DNA of 35,320 nucleotides from assembly GCA_964638465.1 (NCBI GenBank), contig CAZXAO010000001.1, positions 1 through 35,320 of the forward strand. Reading direction: 5' to 3'. Each line of letters opens with the position of its first letter. Position 1 is the first letter of the stretch. Both the position numbers and the translations under genes were made by a program. Shown here one piece after another: positions 1 to 8,330 of this stretch. The notes under the pieces are model-generated. The model was not told where the DNA came from. It worked only from the letters and a program-made list of their open reading frames with translations, and ran no database searches. The DNA is from an uncultured bacterium. Lineage in GTDB: Bacteria; Hydrothermota; Hydrothermia; WGAB01.

Positions 1-2213
1 ACCGGGCCGTCATTGAGGCCTTTGTCCGGCTGTACGAAGAGGGCCTCATCTACCGGGGGCTGCGGATCATCAACTGGTGCCCCCGCTGCGGCACCGCCCT
101 GGCCGACGACGAGGTGGAACACGAAGAACACGAGGGCCACCTGTGGTACCTCCGGTATCCCCTGGCCGATGATCCAGAGCAGTTCGTGGTGGTGGCCACC
201 ACACGGCCAGAAACCTACCTGGGGGATACCGCCGTGGCGGTTCACCCCGAGGATGAACGCTATCGCCACCTGGTGGGCAAACGCGTTCGCTTGCCCCTCG
301 TAGCGTGGACCCGCAGGAGCTACGCCGTGGGCGACCAGGAGGCCCGGGAGGTGCCCCCTGAGATCCCCATCATCGCCGATCCCCGGGTGGACCCCGAATT
401 CGGCACCGGCGCCGTCAAGGTGACACCGGCCCATGACCCCAACGACTACGAGATCGGCAGGGACCACGACCTGCCCTTCGTGCTGGTCATGGACAAACAG
501 GCCCGGATGAACGAAAACGCCGGGCCCTACGCCGGCCTGGACCGCTACGAAGCCCGGGAACGGATCGTGGAGGACCTGAAGACCGCCGGGTTCTTAGAAA
601 AAACCGAAGCCCATCGCCACGCCGTGGGCCACTGTTACCGCTGTAAAACGGTCATTGAACCCTACCTGTCGGAGCAGTGGTTCGTTCGGATGCGGCCTTT
701 GGCGGAACCGGCGATCCGGGCCGTTAAGGAGGGCCGAATCCGGATCCTTCCCCGGCGGTTTGAAAAGGTGTACTTCAACTGGCTGGAGAATGTCCGCGAC
801 TGGTGCATCTCCCGCCAGATCTGGTGGGGCCACCGGGTTCCGGTGTACTACTGCCAGGACTGCGGTGCCCAGACCGTAGCCCGCCAGAACCCGGGCCAGT
901 GCCCCCGGTGCGGCTCCCCGAACCTCCGCCAGGACGAGGATGTACTGGATACCTGGTTCTCCTCCTGGCTCTGGCCCTTTTCTACGCTGGGCTGGCCCGA
1001 CGATACCCCCTGGCTCCGCCACTTCTATCCCACCGATGTCCTGGTCACCGGCTGGGACATCCTGTTCTTCTGGGTGGCCCGGATGATCATGGCCGGGCTC
1101 CATTTCCTGGACGAAGTGCCCTTCCACGATGTTTACCTGCACGGTGTGGTCCGCGACGAGCAACGCCGCAAGATCTCCAAGAGCCTGGGCAACTTCGTGG
1201 ATCCCATGGAGTACATGGACGAGTACGGCGCCGATGCCCTGCGCATCAGCGTGGTCCTCTCCATGCCCGAGGGCCAGGACCTGATCTTTGGCGAAAAACG
1301 CATTGAAGTGGGCCGCAACTTCGCCACCAAGATCTGGAACGCTTCCCGCCTCCTGCTCCTGAACGCCGAAGACTTCCAGGCAAGGGGCCTGCCCGACACC
1401 CTGACCCTGGAGGACCGCTGGATCCTGACCCGGCTCAACGAAACCGTGGACGAGGTCACCCGGGGCCTGGAACACTACGAGTTCCACCGCACGGCCCACA
1501 CCCTCTACGAGTTCTTCTGGCACGAGTTCTGCGACTGGTACCTGGAGGCCATCAAGCCCCGTCTGGCCGACGACCGGCGGGACTCCGCCTTGGAGGTGGC
1601 CTTCCATGTCCTGGAGACCACCCTGCGGATGCTACACCCCTTCATGCCCTTCATCACCGAGGAGATCTGGCAGCGGCTGCCCAATCGCCAGGGCGAATCC
1701 ATCATGATCGCCCCCTGGCCTCGGCCCACCGAACACCGGTTTCCACAGGACCGGGACCTGTTTGAACTCTTCAAAGAGGTGGTCCGACAGGTCCGGGAAG
1801 CCCGGGCCTACTACCGGATTCCCGCCAAACAGGACCTGCCCCTCGTGGTCCGGCGGGCCCGGCCCGAGGTGGTGGCCACCTTCCAGGACCTCCTGCCCAT
1901 TTTCCAGCACCTGGCCCGGGTCCACCGCATTGACGAAACCGGCGAAGTGCCCCACCCCTCCACCGTGATCGTGGTGCAGGGGGAAGAGTTCTTCCTGCCG
2001 CTGCCGGGCGTAGACCTGGAACGGGAACGCCGGAAACTCCAGGAGGAGATCGCCCAGATCCAGAAGATCCTGGAGAGCGCCCGGGCCCGCCTGGAGAATC
2101 CCCGATTCCTGGAACGGGCACCGGCCGAGGTGGTGCAACGCGAACGGGAAAAGGTCCAGACCCTGCAGGAGAAACTCGCCAAACTGCAGGACAACCTGGA
2201 ACGGCTCCAATGA
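1..2213 (+). CDS. valS: valyl-tRNA synthetase, 5'-truncated by the window edge (reading frame begins at nt 3)
   Basis: The frame is open from the window start and translates to RAVIEAFVRLYEEGLIYRGLRIINWCPRCGTALADDEVEH. It carries TPAHDPNDYEIG, the class I KMSKS loop as KISKSLGNFVDP, and a C-terminal coiled coil (RERRKLQEEIAQIQKILESARARLEN). Stop TGA at 2211-2213. Confidence 0.95.
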   Translation, partial: RAVIEAFVRLYEEGLIYRGLRIINWCPRCGTALADDEVEHEEHEGHLWYLRYPLADDPEQFVVVATTRPETYLGDTAVAVHPEDERYRHLVGKRVRLPLVAWTRRSYAVGDQEAREVPPEIPIIADPRVDPEFGTGAVKVTPAHDPNDYEIGRDHDLPFVLVMDKQARMNENAGPYAGLDRYEARERIVEDLKTAGFLEKTEAHRHAVGHCYRCKTVIEPYLSEQWFVRMRPLAEPAIRAVKEGRIRILPRRFEKVYFNWLENVRDWCISRQIWWGHRVPVYYCQDCGAQTVARQNPGQCPRCGSPNLRQDEDVLDTWFSSWLWPFSTLGWPDDTPWLRHFYPTDVLVTGWDILFFWVARMIMAGLHFLDEVPFHDVYLHGVVRDEQRRKISKSLGNFVDPMEYMDEYGADALRISVVLSMPEGQDLIFGEKRIEVGRNFATKIWNASRLLLLNAEDFQARGLPDTLTLEDRWILTRLNETVDEVTRGLEHYEFHRTAHTLYEFFWHEFCDWYLEAIKPRLADDRRDSALEVAFHVLETTLRMLHPFMPFITEEIWQRLPNRQGESIMIAPWPRPTEHRFPQDRDLFELFKEVVRQVREARAYYRIPAKQDLPLVVRRARPEVVATFQDLLPIFQHLARVHRIDETGEVPHPSTVIVVQGEEFFLPLPGVDLERERRKLQEEIAQIQKILESARARLENPRFLERAPAEVVQREREKVQTLQEKLAKLQDNLERLQ

Positions 2214-2842
2214 AACGGTGGATCCCGTGGCTCCTGGCAGGCTTCCTGATCCTGGGGCTTGCGGGTTGCCGGGCCCATGTAGGCCTGCGGCTGGACCTGG
2301 ACTCCCTGACCCTGCCCCTCACCGGTGTCACGGCTCCCGGGGGCAGCGTGGTGTTCTACCTGGAGCAACATGTAGACCTCCGTCAGGCCGAGGGAATCCA
2401 CCTGGAACGCGTGGCCTGGGACTATCGCGCCCGTAGCGAGGGCGCCAGTTTGAGTTTCTCCCTGCTGATCAGCGACACCGGGAGCACCGAGTCCTCCCAA
2501 CTCTATGCTCGATGCACCGGACTGGCCGCCGGAGCCTGCAATGCCCTGCGGGCCCTGGGATACGCCGAGGCTCCAGCCTACCTGGAGCAGGCTGCCCTGT
2601 TCCTCCAGGACCAGGTGGCCGGCGAGGTGGAACGCACCGGCGTGGAGGCACCTCCCCAGGCTGCCCAGGTTCTCCAGCGCTGCGTGGAGAAGGGCGAGAT
2701 GTGGATCATCGTCAAGGTGGAACTGCCCCTGCCCCAGTTTTCCAGCTTTGACGGCCAGGTGGTCCTGGAAGACCCTGTGCTCCATCTGGAGGGTTCGGCC
2801 GACTTCGGCGGCCTGGCCGACGCCCTCTGGCCGTTGCTTTGA
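2210..2842 (+). CDS. hypothetical lipoprotein
   Basis: The ATG overlaps the valS stop (ATGA at 2210-2213). The N-terminus MKRWIPWLLAGFLILGLAGC is a signal peptide plus an L-A-G-C lipobox. I recognise no family. Confidence 0.6.
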   Translation: MKRWIPWLLAGFLILGLAGCRAHVGLRLDLDSLTLPLTGVTAPGGSVVFYLEQHVDLRQAEGIHLERVAWDYRARSEGASLSFSLLISDTGSTESSQLYARCTGLAAGACNALRALGYAEAPAYLEQAALFLQDQVAGEVERTGVEAPPQAAQVLQRCVEKGEMWIIVKVELPLPQFSSFDGQVVLEDPVLHLEGSADFGGLADALWPLL

Positions 2843-2845
2843 GTC

Positions 2846-3427
2846 ATGATGCTCTGGCTGCTCTTATACCTGCTCGGCCTTCCGTCCTCCGAAGGCTTCT
2901 GGATGGCCGTACCGGCGGGTGCACCCGCCCGGGGCGTGGTGGCCCTGCAGGAGACCGGGCTTCGCCTGGGCCCGGCCTATGTCTTCACACATCCCCTGGG
3001 CCTACCCCTGGTGCCCGAACTCGGCGTCAAGGGGGTCTTTGGGCGCGTGGCGCTGCAGGTCCAGGGCTTTGCCTGGATCGGCGATGCTCTGGTGGAAACC
3101 CTCCTGCCCCCGGTGGAGCAATTCCAGATGGACTTCCGGGGAGGGTGTGGATCCCTGAGCCTGGACTTTGGCACCGGGGTAGCCACCTATCGCCTGTTCG
3201 CCAGTAGCCAGGGCACCGCCCACCTCCTGATCCTCGGAGCCCGACTGCCCGCCCACCTCTACCTGGAAACCGCCTTCGGCTCCCGGGGGCTGGGCCCCGC
3301 GGTGTTCTCCTGGAGCATTTCAGGCCACCGGTGGTACGGGAAATTCGGGCTTCTCGTATCCCGCGCCCGGCTCCTGGGAATCCCCCTCCGCGTTCTTCCC
3401 CTCGTGGACTTCGGCCGAGTCCTCTGA
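2846..3427 (+). CDS. hypothetical secreted or membrane protein, beta-strand-rich
   Basis: The ATG lies 3 nt after the previous stop. The N-terminus is hydrophobic (MMLWLLLYLLGLPSSEG). The rest has an alternating hydrophobic pattern and an aromatic-rich C-terminal part. The stop overlaps the next start (TGATG at 3425-3429). No family recognised. Confidence 0.5.
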   Translation: MMLWLLLYLLGLPSSEGFWMAVPAGAPARGVVALQETGLRLGPAYVFTHPLGLPLVPELGVKGVFGRVALQVQGFAWIGDALVETLLPPVEQFQMDFRGGCGSLSLDFGTGVATYRLFASSQGTAHLLILGARLPAHLYLETAFGSRGLGPAVFSWSISGHRWYGKFGLLVSRARLLGIPLRVLPLVDFGRVL

Positions 3428-4194
3428 TGCCACCCCGAATCCAGGAGGTGCTGGTCCGGCGAATCGTGCAACCCAGCCGGATTCCGGGGGTGGACTTCGT
3501 CATCAACCCCTATAGCGGTTGCGCCTTTGGATGCCTGTACTGCTACGCCGATTTCACCCGACGGTTCCACCCGGGCCCGGAGCCCTGGGGCGCCTATGTG
3601 GATGTCCGGGTGAACGCCGTGGAACGCCTGTACCGGGAACTCCCTCGCCTCCCTGACGAAAGCCGGATCCTCCTCAGCTCCGTCACCGATCCCTATCAAC
3701 CCGTAGAACGACGGTACCGCCTCACCCGAAGGATCCTGGAGGTGCTCCTGAAACGCCCTGACCTCCGGATTTCCCTGCTCACCCGCTCGCCCCTGGTCAC
3801 CCGGGACCTGGACCTCTTCCGCCGGTTCGGCCGCCGACTGGAGGTGGGGCTTACCGTTCCCACCGACCGCGAGGAGGTCCGCCGGATCCTGGAACCCCGG
3901 GCGCCGGCGCTCCGCCACCGTCTTGCTGCCCTGCAAAGCCTGGCGAGGGCAGGCATCCGCACCTATGCCTTCCTGGGCCCCCTGCTCCCCGGTGACCCCC
4001 AGCGCCTAGCCCGGCTCGTGGCTCCCTTCGCCGACCAGGTGCTCGTGGATCGGCTCAACTACGCCTGGAAGGTGCGGCCGTTGTTGCGCACCCACGGCTG
4101 GTCCTTCGTGGAGGACCCCCGATGGTTCCGGACCTCTGTGGAGGAACTGCGGCGGATCCTGGGGGACCGACTCCAGGTGGTGGCCCGGCTGTAG
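3427..4194 (+). CDS. radical SAM protein, SplB-like (COG1533 DNA-repair-photolyase-type family)
   Basis: CxxxCxxC cluster in NPYSGCAFGCLYCYADF close to the N-terminus, as in the SplB/COG1533 family. I take the internal ATG at 3427 (MPPRIQEVLVRRIVQPSRIPG...). The track ORF start at 3331 overlaps the upstream gene and encodes only a Pro/Arg-rich extension. Confidence 0.75.
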   Translation: MPPRIQEVLVRRIVQPSRIPGVDFVINPYSGCAFGCLYCYADFTRRFHPGPEPWGAYVDVRVNAVERLYRELPRLPDESRILLSSVTDPYQPVERRYRLTRRILEVLLKRPDLRISLLTRSPLVTRDLDLFRRFGRRLEVGLTVPTDREEVRRILEPRAPALRHRLAALQSLARAGIRTYAFLGPLLPGDPQRLARLVAPFADQVLVDRLNYAWKVRPLLRTHGWSFVEDPRWFRTSVEELRRILGDRLQVVARL

Positions 4195-4253
4195 GGCTCA
4201 TGCCTCCGGCCGTATACTAAGAGGCGGGTTCCACCAAGCCAAAAAGGAGGTTT

Positions 4254-5933
4254 ATGATGCGAAGGATTATCCTGTGGGGGATGGGGCTTCTCCTGGTCTT
4301 GCCTGCCCTGCTCTCCGCTGATACCCTCACCCTCTCCATCCCTGAGATTCAGGGAGGCACGAATTCCTCCCCCTATGTGGGCGATACGGTGATCACCACG
4401 GGAATCGTCACCGCCGCCTTCTCCGGCTATGGCTACACGATTCAGGAGAGAAGCGGTGGCCCCTGGAGTGGCGTGCTGGTGTACACGGGCGGCTCCTTCT
4501 ATGTGGACACCCTGGGAGTGGGCGATAGCCTGGTGGTGCTGGGCATCGTACAGGAATTCTACGGGATGACCGAAATCAAGGTTCAGAGTGTGGGATACCT
4601 CCAGAAGGTGGCGTCCGTGGCCCCCCTGGCGCCGGTTCAAATCGCCACCGACTCCGTGAACCAGGAAAAATGGGAAGGCGTGTATGTCCGGGTGGATTCC
4701 GCAGCCTGCACCAACCCCGACCTGGGTTACGGCGAATGGGAGGTGGACGACGGGACCGGCCCCTGCCGCGTGGACGACCGGGGCGTGGCCTATAGCCCCC
4801 TCAACGGAGCCCTCTACCAGGTCACCGGCCCGGTGTTCTACACCTACGGCAACTATAAACTGGAGCCGCCAGACTCTGCCCACATCGTGTTCCAGGGGTT
4901 CCCCACGGACCCTCCACCCTACATCGCCGGAGTTTCCCACACACCGCCTTATCCCACCCCCAGTGACATCGTGCTCGTGCAGGCCACCATCACCGACAAC
5001 AGCCTTGTAGCAGCAGACTCCCTGTTCTACGCCGTGGGCCTGGGGTTCGTATCTGCCCCCCACGACAGTGTAGTGGGCGATGTGTACTACTACCACATCC
5101 CTCCGCAGTCGGATGGCACCACGGTCCGCTACTTCGTCTGGGCTATGGATGACTCCAACCAGGTGACCGTATCCGACACCTTCCAGTACACGGTCACCGC
5201 ACCCCAGCCGGGGGTCAAGATCAACGAGGTCTTTTACGACGCTGCATCGGGCCAGGGGGCCGAGCCCTACGCCGAATGGATTGAACTGTACAACTCCAGC
5301 GACAGCGACATGGACCTTTCCGGCTGGATGATCGCCGACGATCCGGACCCCAACGGCACCAGCGAGGGGCGATTCCGGATCCCGGACGGCACCGTGTTGC
5401 CTGCCGGCGGCTTCCTGGTGCTGGCCTACAACGCCGACACCTTTGCCGCTTACTGGGACACCACGGGGATCCAGGTGATCGCCTACGGCGACAGTGCCCA
5501 GTATTTGAGCCTGGCCAACTCGGGGGACGACCTCCATCTGTTTGACGCCTCGCAGACCGAGGTGGACGCCATGTGGTACGGCAACGGCGGCGACATGGGA
5601 GCCTCGGGTGCCGCTCCGGATGTGCCCGCCGGCCACAGCCTGATCCTCTATCCCGACGGTGAGGACACCAACAACCCCGCCGCCGACTATGAGGATACCT
5701 CCTGGCCCACGCCCGGGCATCCGAACCAGCCCAGCCTCCTATGCGGCGATGCCAACGGTGACGGTCTGGTGAACGGGACCGACCTGGATCTTCTGGCCCG
5801 GTACCTCTGGCTGGGCGGCGCCTTCCCGGGTAACCAGATGGATGTCAACGGCGACGGCTCCATCAACAGCCTGGATGTGGTCTACCTGGCCGCCTACCTG
5901 TACCACGGTGGCCCGGCCCCCAACTGTCCGTAA
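4254..5933 (+). CDS. secreted multidomain protein: OB-fold-like N-terminal domain, lamin-tail domain (LTD), C-terminal dockerin-like module
   Basis: Strong SD (aaaaaggagg) upstream of the ATG. Signal peptide MMRRIILWGMGLLLVLPALLSA. The N-terminal IPEIQGG...VVLGIVQEFYGMTEIK region resembles ExeM/NucH-type N-terminal modules. LTD signature INEVFYDA...AEWIELYNSSDSDMDLSGWMIADD. The last 63 aa carry two DxNGDG Ca-binding-like loops (CGDANGDGLVNGTDL..., DVNGDGSINSLDV...). Confidence 0.8.
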   Translation: MMRRIILWGMGLLLVLPALLSADTLTLSIPEIQGGTNSSPYVGDTVITTGIVTAAFSGYGYTIQERSGGPWSGVLVYTGGSFYVDTLGVGDSLVVLGIVQEFYGMTEIKVQSVGYLQKVASVAPLAPVQIATDSVNQEKWEGVYVRVDSAACTNPDLGYGEWEVDDGTGPCRVDDRGVAYSPLNGALYQVTGPVFYTYGNYKLEPPDSAHIVFQGFPTDPPPYIAGVSHTPPYPTPSDIVLVQATITDNSLVAADSLFYAVGLGFVSAPHDSVVGDVYYYHIPPQSDGTTVRYFVWAMDDSNQVTVSDTFQYTVTAPQPGVKINEVFYDAASGQGAEPYAEWIELYNSSDSDMDLSGWMIADDPDPNGTSEGRFRIPDGTVLPAGGFLVLAYNADTFAAYWDTTGIQVIAYGDSAQYLSLANSGDDLHLFDASQTEVDAMWYGNGGDMGASGAAPDVPAGHSLILYPDGEDTNNPAADYEDTSWPTPGHPNQPSLLCGDANGDGLVNGTDLDLLARYLWLGGAFPGNQMDVNGDGSINSLDVVYLAAYLYHGGPAPNCP

Positions 5934-5945
5934 AGGAGGAGACGA

Positions 5946-7028
5946 ATGAAACGCGTGCTTCTGGCCGCCGGCCTGCTGGTGCTGGCCGGAGGATTGAACG
6001 CCCATCCTGTCACCCTGGATGGGCTGGCCAACGACTGGACGGGCACCCCACCTGCGCTGGCCAACACCTTCCGGATGGATACCGTAGCCGGTGAAGCCCT
6101 GTGGAACGACGCCGCCGGCGACGACCTGGGGGACGGCGACTACGCCTATCCCCTGGGCGTGGAAGGGGTGCCCTTCCTGGGAAGCGAGGCAGATCTTCTG
6201 GAGTTCCGCGTCACCGACGACCCCGACAGCGGCTACCTTTACTACCTCTTTCGTCTGGGGGACTTTGACCAGCAGTGGAAACCCATCCTGGTGCTGACCC
6301 TGGACCTGGACCACCTCTACGGCTCGGGCCAGCAATGGGTCGCCCAGAACGCCGACTACTGGGTGGACTCGCTCGTGCTCTGGGAGTACACCATCGTGAT
6401 CTGGGACGGCTGGGTGAAGGTCATGGACGCAGGATGGAACGACCTGACGGATTCCCTTTGCGCCGCCGTGTTCAACCCGGACAGCAACCTGATTGAGGTG
6501 CGGGTCCATGTCAACGAGAACTGGGCCCTGCCCCCCTGGGAGATGGGCGGCGCCTACTACGGACTCATGGTGGGTCTCCAGGATTACGGCAACTTCCGCG
6601 AGGTGGATTCCGTGGCCAGCGAGTGGCACGGAGGAGGTGGCGTGGGGCTGGGCGAAGGCGGCATTGACTGGGTGGACCCGGATGTCTACGATCTGGCCTT
6701 CGCCACGGACCAGGTCAACGACCTGAACTCCTATGTGTACGACACCACCACCAACCAATGGCAACCTGCCGTGCTCCGGGCCACCTCAACCCAGTTCATC
6801 CCCCACCCTCTGCCCCATGAGGCCTGCCTGTGTGGTGACCTGAACGGGGATGGCACCGTGGATCCCCAGGACCTGGTGTTCATGACCGCCTACTTCTTCC
6901 AGGACGGTCCCGCCCCCGCGAACCCGGCCTGTGCGGATGTGGACGGCAACGGAGCCTTTGAGAAGGCGGACATCGCGTACCTGGCGAATTACCTCTTTCT
7001 GAAGGGACCTGCACCGGCCTGTCCATAG
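5946..7028 (+). CDS. secreted protein with a glucodextranase-C-like (Glucodextran_C-type) domain and a C-terminal dockerin-like module
   Basis: SD aaggagga upstream. Signal peptide MKRVLLAAGLLVLAGGLNA. AAGDDLGDGDYAYPLG...ADLLEFRV resembles the C-terminal binding module of glucodextranase. The last 65 aa (CGDLNGDGTVDPQDL...DVDGNGAFEKADIAYLANYLFLKGPAPACP) parallel the tail of the preceding gene. Confidence 0.7.
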   Translation: MKRVLLAAGLLVLAGGLNAHPVTLDGLANDWTGTPPALANTFRMDTVAGEALWNDAAGDDLGDGDYAYPLGVEGVPFLGSEADLLEFRVTDDPDSGYLYYLFRLGDFDQQWKPILVLTLDLDHLYGSGQQWVAQNADYWVDSLVLWEYTIVIWDGWVKVMDAGWNDLTDSLCAAVFNPDSNLIEVRVHVNENWALPPWEMGGAYYGLMVGLQDYGNFREVDSVASEWHGGGGVGLGEGGIDWVDPDVYDLAFATDQVNDLNSYVYDTTTNQWQPAVLRATSTQFIPHPLPHEACLCGDLNGDGTVDPQDLVFMTAYFFQDGPAPANPACADVDGNGAFEKADIAYLANYLFLKGPAPACP

Positions 7029-7048
7029 ACCTCCAATCCCTGTCCACC

Positions 7049-7080
7049 GGGCTGGCCGGGGCGTCCGCCCCGGCCAGCCC
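7049..7080 (+). terminator. perfect 13-bp GC hairpin downstream of the secreted-protein gene pair; no U-tract
   Basis: gggctggccgggg-cgtccg-ccccggccagccc begins 21 nt after the stop at 7028. It is followed by gttctgg rather than a T-run, so it is an atypical intrinsic terminator or a stabiliser hairpin. Confidence 0.4.
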
Positions 7081-7148
7081 GTTCTGGAGCCCCTTTCCCG
7101 CACCGGTTTCCATCACCACACTGTAAAATTGCCCCAAACGGAGGGTGT

Positions 7149-8330
7149 ATGTTCGCACGAAATCTGGGTTTTCTGGAGGGTGAAGAACATCGGTTGCTCA
7201 GGGAAACGGTCCGACGCTTCGCCCGCCAAAGGGTGGAACCCGTCGCCGAAGAGATGGATCGGAAAGACGAGTTCCCCCGGGACCTCTTCCAGGACCTGGC
7301 GGAATTGGGGCTCACCGGCATCGTGATCCCGGAAGCGTACGAGGGACTCGGCGAGGATGTGGTGGCAGCCGTGGTGGTGCTGGAGGAACTCTCCCGGTAC
7401 AGCCCGGCCCTGGCCCTGTCGCTGCTGGCCCACGCCATCCTCGGCGGCCACAACATCGCCCTGTGGGGCACCGAGGAACAGAAACGCCGATACCTTCCCC
7501 GCCTGGCCCGGGGGGAATGGATCGGCGGAATGGCCATCACCGAGCCGGATGCCGGCTCGGATGTCTACGCCATCCAGACCACAGCCCGCCGCGAGGGCGA
7601 TGCCTTCGTTCTCCACGGCTCCAAGATCTTCATTACCAATGCTGCGGTGGCGGATGTCCTGGTGGTCTACGCCCGCACCGACGACCCGGCGCGGACCCGG
7701 GACTTCATGTCGGCCTTTATCGTGGAAACCGCCTGGGACGGCGTCCAGGTGACCCGGTCCTTTGAGAAGATGGGCATGCGGGGCTCGCCCACAGGCCTCC
7801 TGTTTCTGGATGGCGTCCGCGTGCCTGCCGAGAACCTCCTGGGCACCTATGGCAAGGGGTTCCTGCAACTGATGAAGAGTTTTCAGCTGGAACGGCTCAC
7901 CATCGCCGCCCAGGGCACGGGCATCGCCCTGCAGTGTCTGGAATGGATCCTCCGGCACGCCACCGAGCGGAAACAGTTCGGCCAGCCCCTGGCCGACTTT
8001 GAACTGATCCAGCACAAGATTGCCACCCTTTCGGCCCGCCTGGATATGGTGCGCACCTACCTTTACCAGGTGGCGGCCCACTATACGCCGGAGGCGGACC
8101 TGCGGTTTGAGTCGGCCACGGTGAAACTCCTGGCGTCGCAGCTGGCCGTGGAGGCGGGCCTGGAGGCTGTCCAGGTGCTGGGCGGCTACGGCTACACCCG
8201 GGAGTACCCCGTGGAACGGCTGCTTCGCGATGCCAAACTCCTGGAGATCGGGGCCGGCACCTCGGAGATCATGGAGATCATCCTGGCCCGCAACCTGATC
8301 AAGCAGTTCCAGAAGGGAGGCGGTCTTTGA
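7149..8330 (+). CDS. acyl-CoA dehydrogenase
   Basis: SD ggaggg lies 4-10 nt upstream of the ATG. Full-length ACAD architecture: EEHRLLRETVRRFARQRVEPVAEEMDRKDEFP, ITEPDAGSDV, GSKIFITNA, and QVLGGYGYTREYPVERLLRDAKLLEIGAGTSEI near the C-terminus. Confidence 0.9.
   Translation: MFARNLGFLEGEEHRLLRETVRRFARQRVEPVAEEMDRKDEFPRDLFQDLAELGLTGIVIPEAYEGLGEDVVAAVVVLEELSRYSPALALSLLAHAILGGHNIALWGTEEQKRRYLPRLARGEWIGGMAITEPDAGSDVYAIQTTARREGDAFVLHGSKIFITNAAVADVLVVYARTDDPARTRDFMSAFIVETAWDGVQVTRSFEKMGMRGSPTGLLFLDGVRVPAENLLGTYGKGFLQLMKSFQLERLTIAAQGTGIALQCLEWILRHATERKQFGQPLADFELIQHKIATLSARLDMVRTYLYQVAAHYTPEADLRFESATVKLLASQLAVEAGLEAVQVLGGYGYTREYPVERLLRDAKLLEIGAGTSEIMEIILARNLIKQFQKGGGL

Noticed and set aside
3331-3426. 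Upstream extensions of real genes in the ORF track (radical SAM 3331, TBDR-like 17352, uppS 21848, tsf 23713, nhaA 31370, mazG-like 20164)
   Set aside because: Each extension overlaps the preceding gene or terminator and encodes Pro/Arg-rich filler. In each case an internal start gives the canonical family N-terminus, usually with an SD or stop-start coupling.
4195-4253. Promoter upstream of the LTD gene (tatact at 4213-4218) and upstream of the acyl-CoA dehydrogenase (taaaat at 7124-7129)
   Set aside because: The -10-like hexamers have no acceptable -35 element at 16-18 nt spacing, so the evidence is too weak to list them as features.
4059-5720. 553-aa ORF on the minus strand
   Set aside because: It is fully antisense to the well-supported secreted LTD gene. 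The translation is Gly/Val/His/Arg-rich with no motifs. Long antisense ORFs like this are typical of GC-rich DNA.
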